Shown: positions 30,537 through 40,612 of the stretch, piece after piece
Numbering within the stretch: the stretch's first letter is position 1
Layout: the number at the start of each line of letters is the position of its first letter
From: an uncultured cyanobacterium
GTDB taxonomy: Bacteria; Cyanobacteriota; Cyanobacteriia; CAKZMO01
DNA: 64,000 nt
Direction of reading: 5' to 3'
Assembly: GCA_963719515.1 (NCBI GenBank)
Contig: CAVRCJ010000017.1
Coordinates: 88,455 to 152,454, forward strand
Notes under the pieces: model-generated
Seen by the model: the letters and a program-made list of their open reading frames with translations, nothing else
Databases searched by the model: none
What the model was told of the DNA's origin: nothing
Made by a program: the position numbers and the translations under genes

Positions 30537-30689
30537 GGACAAACTTTCGAGCGGCAGGTAATACAGTTTAGTATCGCCCTTAATTTAAGCGATCGCCAGA
30601 TTTCCCCGTCGCTGTTTCCTCAGCGGCCCCTATCTAAGCCGATGCCACAAAGTCCACATCCACCAGCGTCACCCGCTCTTTCGAAATGC

Positions 30690-30730
30690 GGAAACCCCGG
30701 CTCTCTAGACTATAGAGGCCGGGGGATAAC
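30690..30730. repeat. GC-rich hairpin resembling a solitary IS200/IS605 end or REP
   Basis: GGAAACCCCGGCTCTCTAGACTATAGAGGCCGGGGG. Confidence 0.45.
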
Positions 30731-30894
30731 TGGACTGTGGTGCCGGGAGAGGTCAGCGTCATCGCCCGGTTAATGGTTTTCAAGGGCGCGTTCTTGCTAC
30801 CGTTAGCGCGATCGCTGCTCTGGGTGGAGTGAGCAAACAGCAGGCCACGATTCGGCAGATTAGCTACGGCTAAAGGTAAGCCACAGCAATAGGT

Positions 30895-32142
30895 TTAAAT
30901 TCCCAAGTCGCTAAAGAAGTCGATCGCCTCTTTAAGCGACGCGATGAAGACGTCCACCTCCTCTCGGGTGTTGTAGAAGTAGAGGCTGGCGCGGGCGGTG
31001 GATTGGGCCTTCAGCAGGCGGTGCAGGGGCTGGGTGCAGTGGTGCCCGGCGCGAATGGCTACACCCTGCTGGTCGAGAATGGTGGACAGGTCGTGGGGGT
31101 GGACTGACCCGGTGGTAAAGGACGCCAGCGCTGCTCGCTCTTGGGTCTTGGGCCCGTAGACCCGCACCTCTGGCAGCGCGGTAACCTGCGCCATGAGGTA
31201 GGTGGCCAGCTCCTGCTCGTAGGCGTGGATGGTGTCCATGCCAATGTCGCTCAGGTAGTCCACGGCGGCACCGAGGGCGATCGCCTCGGCAATGGCGGGG
31301 GTACCGGCCTCAAAGCGGTGGGGAATGTCGGCGTAGGTGGCGTGGTCTAAGAACACGTCGGCAATCATCTCGCCGCCGCCCAGGAAGGGGGGCATGGCTC
31401 GCAGCACATCCTGCTTACCGTACAAAAAGCCAATGCCGCTGGGGGCGCACATCTTGTGGCCTGAGGCCACTAGCCAGTCGCAGCCCATGGCCTGCACGTC
31501 CACCGACATGTGGGGGACGCTCTGGCAGGCGTCGATCAGCACCTTGGCGCCGCGCTCGTGGGCTAGGTCGATAATCTCCCGCACTGGGTTGACGCAGCCC
31601 AAGGTGTTGGAAACGTGGGACACCGCTACGATCTTGGTCTTGTCTGTGAGCAGGGTGCGGTAGTGGTCTAGGTCAAAGGTTTCTTCTTCCGTCAGCTGCA
31701 CAAACTTCAGCGCCACGCCCTGACGCTGGGCCAGCAGCTGCCAAGGGATCAAGTTGCTGTGGTGCTCCATCACCGACAGAATCACTTCGTCCCCCGGCTC
31801 CAGCAGCGACCCCTGGGCATAGGCCACCAGATTAATCGCCTCGCTGGCGTTGCGGGTGTAGATGATTTCTTCGCGGTGGGCAGCGTTGACGAAGCGGGCC
31901 ACCTTATCGCGAGCGCCCTCATAGGCATCGGTGGCGCGGGCGCTGAGGGTGTGGACGCCACGATGCACGTTGGCGTTGTCCTGGCGGTAGTAGTTCTCTA
32001 TGGCCTCCAGTACGGCCAAAGGCTTCTGAGAGGTGGCCGCGTTGTCCAGATAAACCAGCGGCTTGCCGTTGATCTGCTGGTTCAGAATGGGGAAGTCGGG
32101 GCGGAACTTAGCGGCCAGCGTTCTTTCTTGGGTAGCAGTCAT
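30895..32142 (-). CDS. sufS: Cysteine desulfurase SufS
   Basis: [25 protein letters not shown] lysine, RAGHHC. Confidence 0.97.
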   Translation of the reverse strand: MTATQERTLAAKFRPDFPILNQQINGKPLVYLDNAATSQKPLAVLEAIENYYRQDNANVHRGVHTLSARATDAYEGARDKVARFVNAAHREEIIYTRNASEAINLVAYAQGSLLEPGDEVILSVMEHHSNLIPWQLLAQRQGVALKFVQLTEEETFDLDHYRTLLTDKTKIVAVSHVSNTLGCVNPVREIIDLAHERGAKVLIDACQSVPHMSVDVQAMGCDWLVASGHKMCAPSGIGFLYGKQDVLRAMPPFLGGGEMIADVFLDHATYADIPHRFEAGTPAIAEAIALGAAVDYLSDIGMDTIHAYEQELATYLMAQVTALPEVRVYGPKTQERAALASFTTGSVHPHDLSTILDQQGVAIRAGHHCTQPLHRLLKAQSTARASLYFYNTREEVDVFIASLKEAIDFFSDLGI

Positions 32143-32178
32143 GGCGGGTGAGGAGTGAGGATGGGTGATCTTAAAGCC

Positions 32179-32255
32179 GTGGTTGGGTTGGATCGACAGC
32201 GTAACCCAACGGAACCTCTGTCGGTGTTGGGCTTCCTCGCGTCAACCCAACCTAC
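32179..32255. repeat. REP/REPIN-like double-hairpin element between sufD and sufS
   Basis: GGTTGGGTTG...AACCCAAC spacer GTTGGG...CAACCCAACCTAC, with terminal inverted repeats. Confidence 0.7.
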
Positions 32256-32277
32256 ATAGGGATACTCAGTCAGTCAG

Positions 32278-33594
32278 TTAGGAGGCAAGGGCGGCAACGC
32301 AGACGATAATCTGCGATCGCACCGCTTCAACGGGCAGCGCGTCGATAATTTCCCCGGCAAAGGCGCGAATCAGTAGAGTCTGGGCCTTTGCGGCGTCGAT
32401 GCCCCGGCTCTGGAAGTAGAACACCTCCGCCGGGTCGAGCTGGCTCACCGTTGCGCCGTGGGTACATTTGACGTTGTCCGCCACGATTTCCAGTTGGGGC
32501 TTGGTGTCTATGCGGGCCTTGGGGGACAGCAGCAGGTTGCGGTTGAGCTGTCCGGCGTCGGTCATCTGCGCCGCCTGGGGCACCATCACCTTGCCGTTGA
32601 ACACCACATGGGCCTGGTCGCTGGCGATGCACTTGTGCAGCTGGCGGCTGCTGCCGTGGGGGTGGGCGTAGCGAATCAGGCTGTGGGTGTCGGAAAGCTG
32701 CTCGCCCGTGGCCAGGGTGAGGCCGTTGAGCACCGTCTCGGTCTGTTCACCCTGCTGAAAAACTTCTAGGTTGTGGCGCGCGAGCTTGGCTCCCAGGCTG
32801 ATGAAGTGACAGGCGTAGCGGGAATCGCGCTGCTGAGACACCGCCGTTTTACCGAGGTGATAGGCGCTGTGGGCGTCGCGCTGCAGCCGCAGGTGGGTCA
32901 CCTGGGCATTCTCGGCCAGGTACAGCTCAGTGACGCTGTTGGTAACGTAGGTGCCGCCCCCTATGCCGACGTAGTCTTCAATCAGGGTGAGGCGGCTGTG
33001 GGGGCCCGCCACCACCAGGCAGCGGGGATGGGTCAGGTAGGCTTTGCCAGAGGTAGAGACAAACAGCAGGTGAACCGGCTGAGCCGGGGCAGCCTCTGAA
33101 TCTAGCCAAATCACCGCCCCGTCGCTAAAGCTGGCGGCGTTGAGCTGGGTGAAGGTTTGCTCTAGGGCCTGCTGCTGGGCCAGATAGGGCTGCAGGTCGG
33201 AGCCGCTCCACTGAGTCAAGGCACCCACGGTGAGGCCCTGCGCTGCGGCGTCAGAAGAGAGGGCCGGGGCGTAGCGTCCGTCGACAAAGACGAGCTGCAG
33301 AGCGTCTGGGATGCGATAGGCCGTTAGGTCATCAGCAGAGACGGCGTCTCGCGTGTCCTCTGGGGACTGCAGCGGTAGGTCGACCAGAGGCGTGACGTCC
33401 GTAAACCGCCATTCCTCATCTCGCGTAGTGGGCAGCGATCGCTTCGCCAAAGCACCCACAGCGGCGTCTCGCCGCTCGCCCAGCCAGCGGTACAGCTCTG
33501 GGCTGGTGCTGGGTAAAGGCGACCTCAGCGCCAGCAAATCAGCCAAATCGGTGCGCGTAATCGGCGTCATCCCGGTATTGGAAGCTAAGGTCAT
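32278..33594 (-). CDS. sufD: Fe-S cluster assembly protein SufD
   Basis: [43 protein letters not shown]. Confidence 0.96.
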   Translation of the reverse strand: MTLASNTGMTPITRTDLADLLALRSPLPSTSPELYRWLGERRDAAVGALAKRSLPTTRDEEWRFTDVTPLVDLPLQSPEDTRDAVSADDLTAYRIPDALQLVFVDGRYAPALSSDAAAQGLTVGALTQWSGSDLQPYLAQQQALEQTFTQLNAASFSDGAVIWLDSEAAPAQPVHLLFVSTSGKAYLTHPRCLVVAGPHSRLTLIEDYVGIGGGTYVTNSVTELYLAENAQVTHLRLQRDAHSAYHLGKTAVSQQRDSRYACHFISLGAKLARHNLEVFQQGEQTETVLNGLTLATGEQLSDTHSLIRYAHPHGSSRQLHKCIASDQAHVVFNGKVMVPQAAQMTDAGQLNRNLLLSPKARIDTKPQLEIVADNVKCTHGATVSQLDPAEVFYFQSRGIDAAKAQTLLIRAFAGEIIDALPVEAVRSQIIVCVAALAS

Positions 33595-34358
33595 GCGGTT
33601 ACTCCCGCCTCCTCAACCACCCAGTCGTAGCCCCGTCCCTCTAGCTCGTGGGCCAGCTCTTTCCCCCCCGTACGAATGATCCGTCCTGCTGACATCACAT
33701 GAACATAGTCCGGAACGATGTAGTTGAGCAGGCGCTGGTAATGGGTAATTAAGACGGTAGCATTTTCGGGGCCAGCGATCTGATTGACGCCTTCCGACAC
33801 CGTCTTCAGCGCATCGATGTCGAGACCCGAATCGGTCTCATCCAAAATTGCTAGCGTCGGCTCTAGGATGGCCATCTGCAGAATTTCGTTGCGCTTCTTC
33901 TCTCCGCCGGAGAAGCCTTCATTGACGCTGCGGCTGAGAAACTCGGGCTTCATCTTGACGACGTCTAGCTTGTCCTGCACCAGCTCGTCAAAATCAAAGG
34001 CGTCCAGCTCTTCTTCCCCGTTATGCTTGCGCTTGGCGTTGTAGGCCACCCGCAAAAAGTCCACGTTCGATACCCCCGGAATCTCTAGGGGATATTGAAA
34101 CGCCAGGAACACCCCGGCCCGCGCCCGCTCTTCCGGCTCTAGGGCCAGCAGGTCCCTCCCCTGGAAGGTGGCCGTGCCGCCGGTCACCTCGTAGTCGGGG
34201 TGACCGCTCAGCACTTTAGAAAAAGTGCTTTTCCCGGACCCGTTAGGCCCCATAATGGCGTGGATTTCTCCCGCCTTCACCGTGAGGTTCAGCCCCTTCA
34301 AGATCTGGGTGCCGTCGACGTTTGCCGTCAGGTTTTCTACAGTCAGAATCGGTGCCAC
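33591..34358 (-). CDS. sufC: Fe-S cluster assembly ATPase SufC
   Basis: [41 protein letters not shown]. Confidence 0.98.
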   Translation of the reverse strand: MAPILTVENLTANVDGTQILKGLNLTVKAGEIHAIMGPNGSGKSTFSKVLSGHPDYEVTGGTATFQGRDLLALEPEERARAGVFLAFQYPLEIPGVSNVDFLRVAYNAKRKHNGEEELDAFDFDELVQDKLDVVKMKPEFLSRSVNEGFSGGEKKRNEILQMAILEPTLAILDETDSGLDIDALKTVSEGVNQIAGPENATVLITHYQRLLNYIVPDYVHVMSAGRIIRTGGKELAHELEGRGYDWVVEEAGVTA

Positions 34359-34421
34359 TTAGCCCTGTCTCCACAAATCTCGTTTTTTTCGTAGCAGCAC
34401 GTACGCGCTGCTGCAAGATAT

Positions 34422-35858
34422 CTATCCCACGCTGCCTTCTAGCTTCAGCGCCAGCAGTCGGTCCGCCTCCACCGCAAACTCCATGGGCAGCTGGCTGAAC
34501 ACATCCTTGCAGAAACCGCTGATAATCATGGAGATGGCGTCCTCCATGGAGATGCCCCGCTGCATAAAGTAGAACAGCTGGTCCTCGCCGATCTTAGAAG
34601 TCGATGCCTCATGCTCAATGTTGGCGGTGTTTTCCTGCACCTGGATGTAGGGGAAGGTATTGGCCTCAGCGCGATCGCCAATCAGCATTGAGTCGCACTG
34701 GGAGTAGTTGCGGGCTCCCTTCGCCTTCGGACCTACCTTCACCAAACCGCGATAGCTGTTCTTCGAACGCCCTGCCGAGATCCCCTTGGAGATAATCGTG
34801 CTGCGGGTATTTTTGCCGATATGCACCATCTTGGTGCCGGTGTCGGCCTGCTGCATGTTGTTGGTGAGCGCCACGGAGTAAAATTCGCCCACCGAGTTGT
34901 CGCCTACTAGCAGGCAGCTGGGATACTTCCAGGTAATGGCCGAGCCGGTCTCCACCTGGGTCCAGGAGATTTTGGAGTTGACCCCCTGGCACAAGCCCCG
35001 CTTGGTGACGAAGTTGTAAATGCCGCCGACGCCTTCCTCATTACCGGCGTACCAGTTTTGCACCGTAGAGTACTTAATCTCAGCGTTGTCCAAGGCAACC
35101 AGCTCCACCACCGCCGCGTGCAGCTGGTTGGTGTCGAACATGGGGGCAGTGCAGCCCTCCAGATAGGTCACCGAGCTGCCCTCCTCCGCCACAATCAGCG
35201 TCCGCTCGAACTGACCGGAATCGCCGTTGTTGATGCGGAAGTAGGTGGACAAGTCCATGGGGCATTTGACGCCCTTGGGAATGTAGACGAATGAGCCGTC
35301 GCTAAACACCGCAGAGTTGAGGGCGGCGAAGTAGTTATCGCCAGGAGAGACGACGCTGCCCAGGTACTTCTCGATCAGCTCCGGGTGCTCCTTTACCGCC
35401 TCGGCGATGGAGCAAAAGACGATGCCGTCTTCTGCAAGCTGCGCTTTGAACGTGGTCGCCACCGAGACGCTATCAAACACCGCGTCTACCGCTACGTTGC
35501 TGAGCCGCTTTTGCTCAGAGATAGGGATGCCCAGCTTTTCAAAGGTTTCCAGCAGGGTGGGGTCTACCTCGTCCAGGCTGCCCAGCTTCTCGTTCTTCTT
35601 GGGCGCAGAGTAGTAGATGATGTCCTGATAGTTGATGGGCGGATAGGACACATGGGGCCAGTTAGGCTCCGCCATCTTTTGCCAGCGGCGAAACGCCTTC
35701 AGCCGAAACTGGAGCAGGAAGTCCGGCTCGTTCTTCTTGGCAGAAATCAGCCGCACTACATCCTCACTCAGTCCAGGCGGAAGCGTATCTGACTCAATGT
35801 CTGTAACGAAACCGTACTTGTAGGGCTGATTTACTAGGGATTTAACCGTGGCAGTCAT
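34422..35858 (-). CDS. sufB: Fe-S cluster assembly protein SufB
   Basis: [47 protein letters not shown]; no intein seen. Confidence 0.98.
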   Translation of the reverse strand: MTATVKSLVNQPYKYGFVTDIESDTLPPGLSEDVVRLISAKKNEPDFLLQFRLKAFRRWQKMAEPNWPHVSYPPINYQDIIYYSAPKKNEKLGSLDEVDPTLLETFEKLGIPISEQKRLSNVAVDAVFDSVSVATTFKAQLAEDGIVFCSIAEAVKEHPELIEKYLGSVVSPGDNYFAALNSAVFSDGSFVYIPKGVKCPMDLSTYFRINNGDSGQFERTLIVAEEGSSVTYLEGCTAPMFDTNQLHAAVVELVALDNAEIKYSTVQNWYAGNEEGVGGIYNFVTKRGLCQGVNSKISWTQVETGSAITWKYPSCLLVGDNSVGEFYSVALTNNMQQADTGTKMVHIGKNTRSTIISKGISAGRSKNSYRGLVKVGPKAKGARNYSQCDSMLIGDRAEANTFPYIQVQENTANIEHEASTSKIGEDQLFYFMQRGISMEDAISMIISGFCKDVFSQLPMEFAVEADRLLALKLEGSVG

Positions 35859-35902
35859 AATTCGTTGGGGTATCGGCAGGATGGGACTGGAGGTTGGAGA
35901 GT

Positions 35903-36268
35903 CTAATACTGATTCGTCGCTTCCCGAATCTCATCAAAGGCGATCTCTTGCTTTTCGCCAGCGAAATCATTGTCTTCCGTTAGAAACAGCATGCAGTGGC
36001 ACTCTTTGCGCTCGCGCATGGGCACGCAGGGGCAGTTCCAGTAGGCTGCCGCCGCTTCCGCTTGTTTATCTTCATAGTGGCGGCAGGGACACAGCGGCGC
36101 GCCAAGGTCGTCTTTGTGCTTCGCCAGCCCTTCAATCACGACCGCCGTTACGCCAGGATCGACGCAGAAGTATGTACCCGTGCGCTGGGCGTAGGTCTCG
36201 GAGAAGTGGCGCATAGCCTCCAGGCTCTTGTCGGTGGCCTGTTCGGTCTTGGTCTGAGGTGATGTCAT
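35903..36268 (-). CDS. ftrC: Ferredoxin-thioredoxin reductase catalytic subunit
   Basis: [25 protein letters not shown]. Confidence 0.96.
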   Translation of the reverse strand: MTSPQTKTEQATDKSLEAMRHFSETYAQRTGTYFCVDPGVTAVVIEGLAKHKDDLGAPLCPCRHYEDKQAEAAAAYWNCPCVPMRERKECHCMLFLTEDNDFAGEKQEIAFDEIREATNQY

Positions 36269-36305
36269 GAGAGAAGCGATAGGCTAACAACTGCGGCTAT
36301 AATTA

Positions 36306-36325
36306 AAGCAACGATTAAGTTGCTT
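36306..36325. promoter_or_regulatory. SufR operator (perfect)
   Basis: AAGCAAC-GATTAA-GTTGCTT fits CAAC-N6-GTTG in the sufR / ftrC-sufBCDS divergent region. Confidence 0.85.
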
Positions 36326-36357
36326 AACTCTATTATATTTATCGATCTTAATCTAAG

Positions 36358-36381
36358 TTTAGCAACATTTAGGTTTCTAAA
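36358..36381. promoter_or_regulatory. Second, imperfect SufR operator
   Basis: TTTAGCAAC-ATTTAG-GTTTCTAAA (CAAC-N6-GTTT). Confidence 0.6.
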
Positions 36382-36448
36382 CTATTTCTCTAGGCGACAA
36401 ATCTTCCGAATCTAGTTTATAGACAACAGACGTAAAGCGGATATCCAG

Positions 36449-37105
36449 TTGCGGACGATGACGGCAACTCACCAACCTTCTAGCAAGGAAGAAATCTTGC
36501 AGTATTTGGCGAAGCAGGGGCGCTCAAGTGCTCAGGACTTGGCGGCCTATCTTGATATCAGTCCGCAGGCGACGCGGCGCCACCTCAAAGCGCTAGAAGC
36601 CGAAGGCCTGATCGAGCACCAGACGGTCCAGGCGGGTATTGGGCGACCCCAGCATCAGTACGGCTTGAGCGCGAGGGGGCGCGATCGCCTCCCCGACCAG
36701 TATGACGATTTTGCACTGTCCCTCCTCAATACCCTAGCGGAAACCGTTGGCCCCGAGGAAGTGGGCTCAATTTTGCACAGGCAGTGGATGCGCAAGGCGC
36801 TTGACTACCGCGATCGCATCGGGTTTGGACAGCTAGAAGAGCGGGTGAAGCGGCTGGTGGCCCTGCGCCAGGCGGAGGGCTATATGGCGGAGTGTCATGC
36901 GGCGCAGCAGGATGACGCCAGCGACCCGAAGTTTGTCGTCACCGAATACAACTGCGCTATTTCCCACGTGGCCCGCTCGTTTCCGAGCGTTTGCGGCCAC
37001 GAGCTAGAGATGTTTCAGGTGGCCTTAGGCGATGCTAGGGTAGAGCGCACCCACTGGCTGGCGGATGGGGAGCACCAGTGTGGCTATCTCATTTGCGAGC
37101 AGTAA
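36449..37105 (+). CDS. sufR: Fe-S cluster biosynthesis transcriptional regulator SufR
   Basis: N-terminal HTH, GRPQHQY, EYNCAI...VCGHELEMF...CGY; divergent from the suf operon. Confidence 0.96.
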   Translation: MRTMTATHQPSSKEEILQYLAKQGRSSAQDLAAYLDISPQATRRHLKALEAEGLIEHQTVQAGIGRPQHQYGLSARGRDRLPDQYDDFALSLLNTLAETVGPEEVGSILHRQWMRKALDYRDRIGFGQLEERVKRLVALRQAEGYMAECHAAQQDDASDPKFVVTEYNCAISHVARSFPSVCGHELEMFQVALGDARVERTHWLADGEHQCGYLICEQ

Positions 37106-37146
37106 TCTTTCGTAAGCAGCTCGTGAACAGTAACCTTTCGTAAGCA
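37100..37146. repeat. 19-bp direct repeat (period 28) at the sufR stop codon
   Basis: CAGTAATCTTTCGTAAGCA at 37100 and CAGTAACCTTTCGTAAGCA at 37128. Confidence 0.8.
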
Positions 37147-37191
37147 TCAACCCTTCTGTGCTCCAGGCCCAGATGTGACGCAACAACCAAT

Positions 37192-37587
37192 ATGACCAAC
37201 TCCCCAGCAGATTTTCTAACCGTCGAAGAATCGATGGCCGTGGACCAAGCGATGATGACCGCCAGCGATCGCTTCTCCACTCGGGCAGCGATCTACTCTT
37301 TACGGGTGCTCAAGCAGATTGCCCAACACGAGGACGTGGGGGTAGAGCAAGTGAGCGACGCTCAGGTGGCGAACTGGGTAGACCGAGAGGCCGCCTCCCA
37401 GGTGGAGGCGCAGGGGTTAGAGACAGGGGAAGCGTTTACGCCGTTTTTTGTACAGCTAGTGCTGTCGTCCCGAAAGCCCTTGAGCAAAGCGGCTGAGGCG
37501 AGCAGCGTGGAGATTGGGACGCTGACGCTAGAGCAGGTGATAGGCTGGTTTGAGGCGCAGGCGAAGCGACGGGTCGAGCAGGGATAG
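37192..37587 (+). CDS. Hypothetical protein
   Basis: 131-aa ATG-initiated ORF co-oriented with its neighbours. Confidence 0.75.
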   Translation: MTNSPADFLTVEESMAVDQAMMTASDRFSTRAAIYSLRVLKQIAQHEDVGVEQVSDAQVANWVDREAASQVEAQGLETGEAFTPFFVQLVLSSRKPLSKAAEASSVEIGTLTLEQVIGWFEAQAKRRVEQG

Positions 37588-37714
37588 GTCTGCCGTAGCC
37601 TACTCAAAGGCGATTGGCTGACGCCTATCCGACCGGCTGAAGTAAAGCGAACCGAACACCGCCTCAATAATTCACTCTCTATACTGGTAGATAAGTATTG
37701 AACTGTTGACACCT

Positions 37715-39037
37715 ATGGTTAACCCAAGGGTTATTGAAGCTGTTGAGACGCTAAACTACCGCGTCACCATCGGGGATGTCGCATCCCAAGCCGGTATAGA
37801 GATTCGAGCTGCTGAGCAAGGACTGCTAGCGCTGGCCTCTGAAGCGGGGGGGCATCTTCAGGTAGCAGAATCTGGAGAAATCGCCTATCAGTTTCCCAAG
37901 AACCTGCGCGGCGTACTGCGCAACAAGTATCTCCGGCTGCGGCTGCAGGCTTGGGCCGAGCGCGTTGGTCGGGCGCTGTTCTACCTGCTGCGCATTTCCT
38001 TTGGCATTCTGCTCGTTTTGTCGATTGTGGTGATTGTCTGCGCCATATTCGCCATTGTCATGGCGCTCAATGCCTCCCAAGGAGACGATCGCGATGGCGG
38101 CGGCTTTGGTGGCGGCATGATGATGCCCCGCGTCTGGTTTGGCCCTGACCTGTTCTGGATTTTCTACCCCAACTATTACGAGCGGCGCAGCTACTCCCGC
38201 CGCCAGCCTTCCCGCCCTAACCACCGGGGGCAGCGGGGCAGTGACCAGATGAATTTTCTCGAAGCCATTTTTTCCTTCCTGTTTGGAGACGGCAACCCCA
38301 ACGCCGACTTAGAGGAGCGCCGCTGGCAAACCGTTGCCGCCCTGATTCGCAAGCGCAATGGGGCGATCGCCGCCGATGAGGTAGCCCCCTATCTAGACGG
38401 GGTCAGCGAGCGGACCTTGGAAGAGGAAGACTACGTGCTTCCCGTGCTTTCCCGCTTCAACGGTCGGCCCGAGGTCAGCCCCGAGGGAGACATCGTCTAT
38501 CATTTCCCAGAGCTACAGATCACGGCTGCCCGTCAGCTGGGCCGCTCCATCCCTGACTATTTGCAGGAGCTGCCCCGACGCTTTAGCGAAGCCTCCTCCG
38601 GCCAGCTGATGCTGGCAGGCGGGTTAGGGGTATTTAACATTGTGGGAGCGCTTTACCTCGGTAGTCTGCTGCAGCAGGTCACGTTTGATTTGGCTCAAGC
38701 AGGGTTTGTTGGTTTTGTGTCCAGCATCTACGGGTTGCTGCTGCTCTACGCCGTCGGCTTTGTGACTGTCCCGCTGGTGCGCTATCTGTGGGTTCGCTGG
38801 CGCAATACCCGCATTGAGGCGCGCAATCGGCAGCGATTGTCTCTAGTAGAGCGGCTCAAGCGCCCGGCGGCTGAGCTGCAGCGGAAGATGGCCTACGCCC
38901 AGCAGTTTGCGGCCCAAACCGTGATCTCGGCGGAGGACTTGGCCTACACCACCGAGACAGGCTTGACCGAGCAGGAGATCGCCCAGTCCGACAAGATCGA
39001 TGAGGAGTGGCGGCGACGGCTTGAGCAGTCCCGGTAG
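37715..39037 (+). CDS. Conserved cyanobacterial/plastid membrane protein of unknown function
   Basis: VTIGDVASQAG..ALASEAGGHLQVAESGEIAYQFP, FLEAIFSFLFGDGNPN, RFNGRPEVS..GDIVYHFPELQ; three TM segments. Confidence 0.8.
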   Translation: MVNPRVIEAVETLNYRVTIGDVASQAGIEIRAAEQGLLALASEAGGHLQVAESGEIAYQFPKNLRGVLRNKYLRLRLQAWAERVGRALFYLLRISFGILLVLSIVVIVCAIFAIVMALNASQGDDRDGGGFGGGMMMPRVWFGPDLFWIFYPNYYERRSYSRRQPSRPNHRGQRGSDQMNFLEAIFSFLFGDGNPNADLEERRWQTVAALIRKRNGAIAADEVAPYLDGVSERTLEEEDYVLPVLSRFNGRPEVSPEGDIVYHFPELQITAARQLGRSIPDYLQELPRRFSEASSGQLMLAGGLGVFNIVGALYLGSLLQQVTFDLAQAGFVGFVSSIYGLLLLYAVGFVTVPLVRYLWVRWRNTRIEARNRQRLSLVERLKRPAAELQRKMAYAQQFAAQTVISAEDLAYTTETGLTEQEIAQSDKIDEEWRRRLEQSR

Positions 39038-39060
39038 CAGGGCAAAGCGCATTTGGGGTG

Positions 39061-40587
39061 TCAGAGCTGAGCTAGCGCCTCGTACAGCGGTCTCACCTGC
39101 GTCAGCAGCTTGTCGTATAAGGGCAAAATTTCTCGATACCGCTGCGCTGCCTCTCCCTCGGGTGGATGGCTTTTCGCCTCTGCCACCAGCGCCGTCCCCG
39201 CCTCTAGGCTCTCTAAGTAGCCCAGCGCATAGAGCCCCAGCAGCGCGGCCCCAAAGCAAGAACTCTCAAACGTCTCCGGAATCATAATCTCGTGGTCAAA
39301 CACGTCCGCTAACATCTGCCGCCACAGCGCCGAGCGAACTAGTCCCCCCGTGGCGTGAATGCCTTTGGTTTCGCCGACCACCCCTTCAACTGCGCCTAAA
39401 ATCGCGTTGAGGTTGTAGACCATGCCCTCTAAAACGGCGCGAATTAGGTGGGCCTTGGTGTGGTGGAGGGCTAGGCCGAGAAAGCTGCCTCGGGCGTTGG
39501 CGTCCCACAGCGGCGCTCGCTCCCCGGCGAGGTAAGGGTGAAAGATTAGCCCCTCTGAACCGGCGGGCACCGTGGCCGCAATGTCCATCAAAATATTGTA
39601 GGGATCGGTCTGCAGCAGTTTGGCGGTGTCTACTTCCGAATCCGCTAGGTGGTCGCGTACCCAGCGCAGCACGATGCCGCCGTTGTTGGTCGCCCCGCCA
39701 ATCACCCAGCGCTCTTCCGTCAGAGCATAGCAAAACAGCCGCTCCTTGGGGTCAGTTTGAGGATGGTCTACCGAGGCCCGCACCGCACCGCTGGTTCCCA
39801 CGGTCACCGTCACTTCCCCTGGGGCGATCGCCCCCACCCCTAGGTTCGCCAAGGCCCCATCGCTGGCCCCCACTACCACCGGGGTATCCACAGACAGGCC
39901 CATGGTGGTGGCTGCCGCTTTATTCAGACCTCTCAGCACCCGGGTTGTGGGCACTAGCTCAGAGAGGCGATCGCTGCCAACATCCGCGATCGCCAGCGCT
40001 TCGTCATCCCACTCTAGGGTATGGATATTGAATAGGCCGGTGGCGTTGGCGATGGAATAGTCGACGACAAACCGGCTGAACCAGCGATAGAGAATATACT
40101 CTTTGATAGAGATAAACCTGGCCGCCTGCTCAAACACCTGCGCCCGCTCCGCCCTGAGCCACAGCAGCTTTACCAAAGGCAGCATCGGGTGGAGGGGCAC
40201 CCCCGTACGGCTATACAAGGCGTGGGCATCGCACTGCTGCCGAATCTCATTCACCCAGGGAGCGCTGCGGCGGTCGGCCCAGGTGATGCTGCGGGTGAGG
40301 GGCCGGCCCTGACTATCGACGGCGATTAGGGTATGCATAGCCGTACTAAAGGAAATCCCCACGAGGCGATCGCCGCCCGCCTGCTGAATGATGGCGCGAA
40401 CGCCATTGGTCACAGCGTCGTAGATTTCCTCGGGATCTTGCTCTTGTATCTCAGGTTTTGGTGACAATAGCGGGTAGTTCGTGGTGCGTTGGGCCACTAC
40501 TTTGCCGTCGCCAGTAAACAGAATTGTTTTAGTGCTGGTGGTCCCGATATCAATACCGAGGATGTGGAGCGGTGTTGGGGTCGTCAT
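39061..40587 (-). CDS. gntK: Gluconokinase (FGGY carbohydrate kinase family)
   Basis: GIDIGTTSTK, ITWADRRS, GASDGALAN, GTSGA, PYLAGERAP. Confidence 0.85.
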   Translation of the reverse strand: MTTPTPLHILGIDIGTTSTKTILFTGDGKVVAQRTTNYPLLSPKPEIQEQDPEEIYDAVTNGVRAIIQQAGGDRLVGISFSTAMHTLIAVDSQGRPLTRSITWADRRSAPWVNEIRQQCDAHALYSRTGVPLHPMLPLVKLLWLRAERAQVFEQAARFISIKEYILYRWFSRFVVDYSIANATGLFNIHTLEWDDEALAIADVGSDRLSELVPTTRVLRGLNKAAATTMGLSVDTPVVVGASDGALANLGVGAIAPGEVTVTVGTSGAVRASVDHPQTDPKERLFCYALTEERWVIGGATNNGGIVLRWVRDHLADSEVDTAKLLQTDPYNILMDIAATVPAGSEGLIFHPYLAGERAPLWDANARGSFLGLALHHTKAHLIRAVLEGMVYNLNAILGAVEGVVGETKGIHATGGLVRSALWRQMLADVFDHEIMIPETFESSCFGAALLGLYALGYLESLEAGTALVAEAKSHPPEGEAAQRYREILPLYDKLLTQVRPLYEALAQL

Positions 40588-40612
40588 GGGTCAAGTTGGG
40601 ATCATGTCACAG

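Noticed and set aside
30630..30765. Possible gene remnant (MTLTSPGTTVQLSP...) interrupted by a hairpin
   Set aside because: Too short to assign to a family from sequence alone
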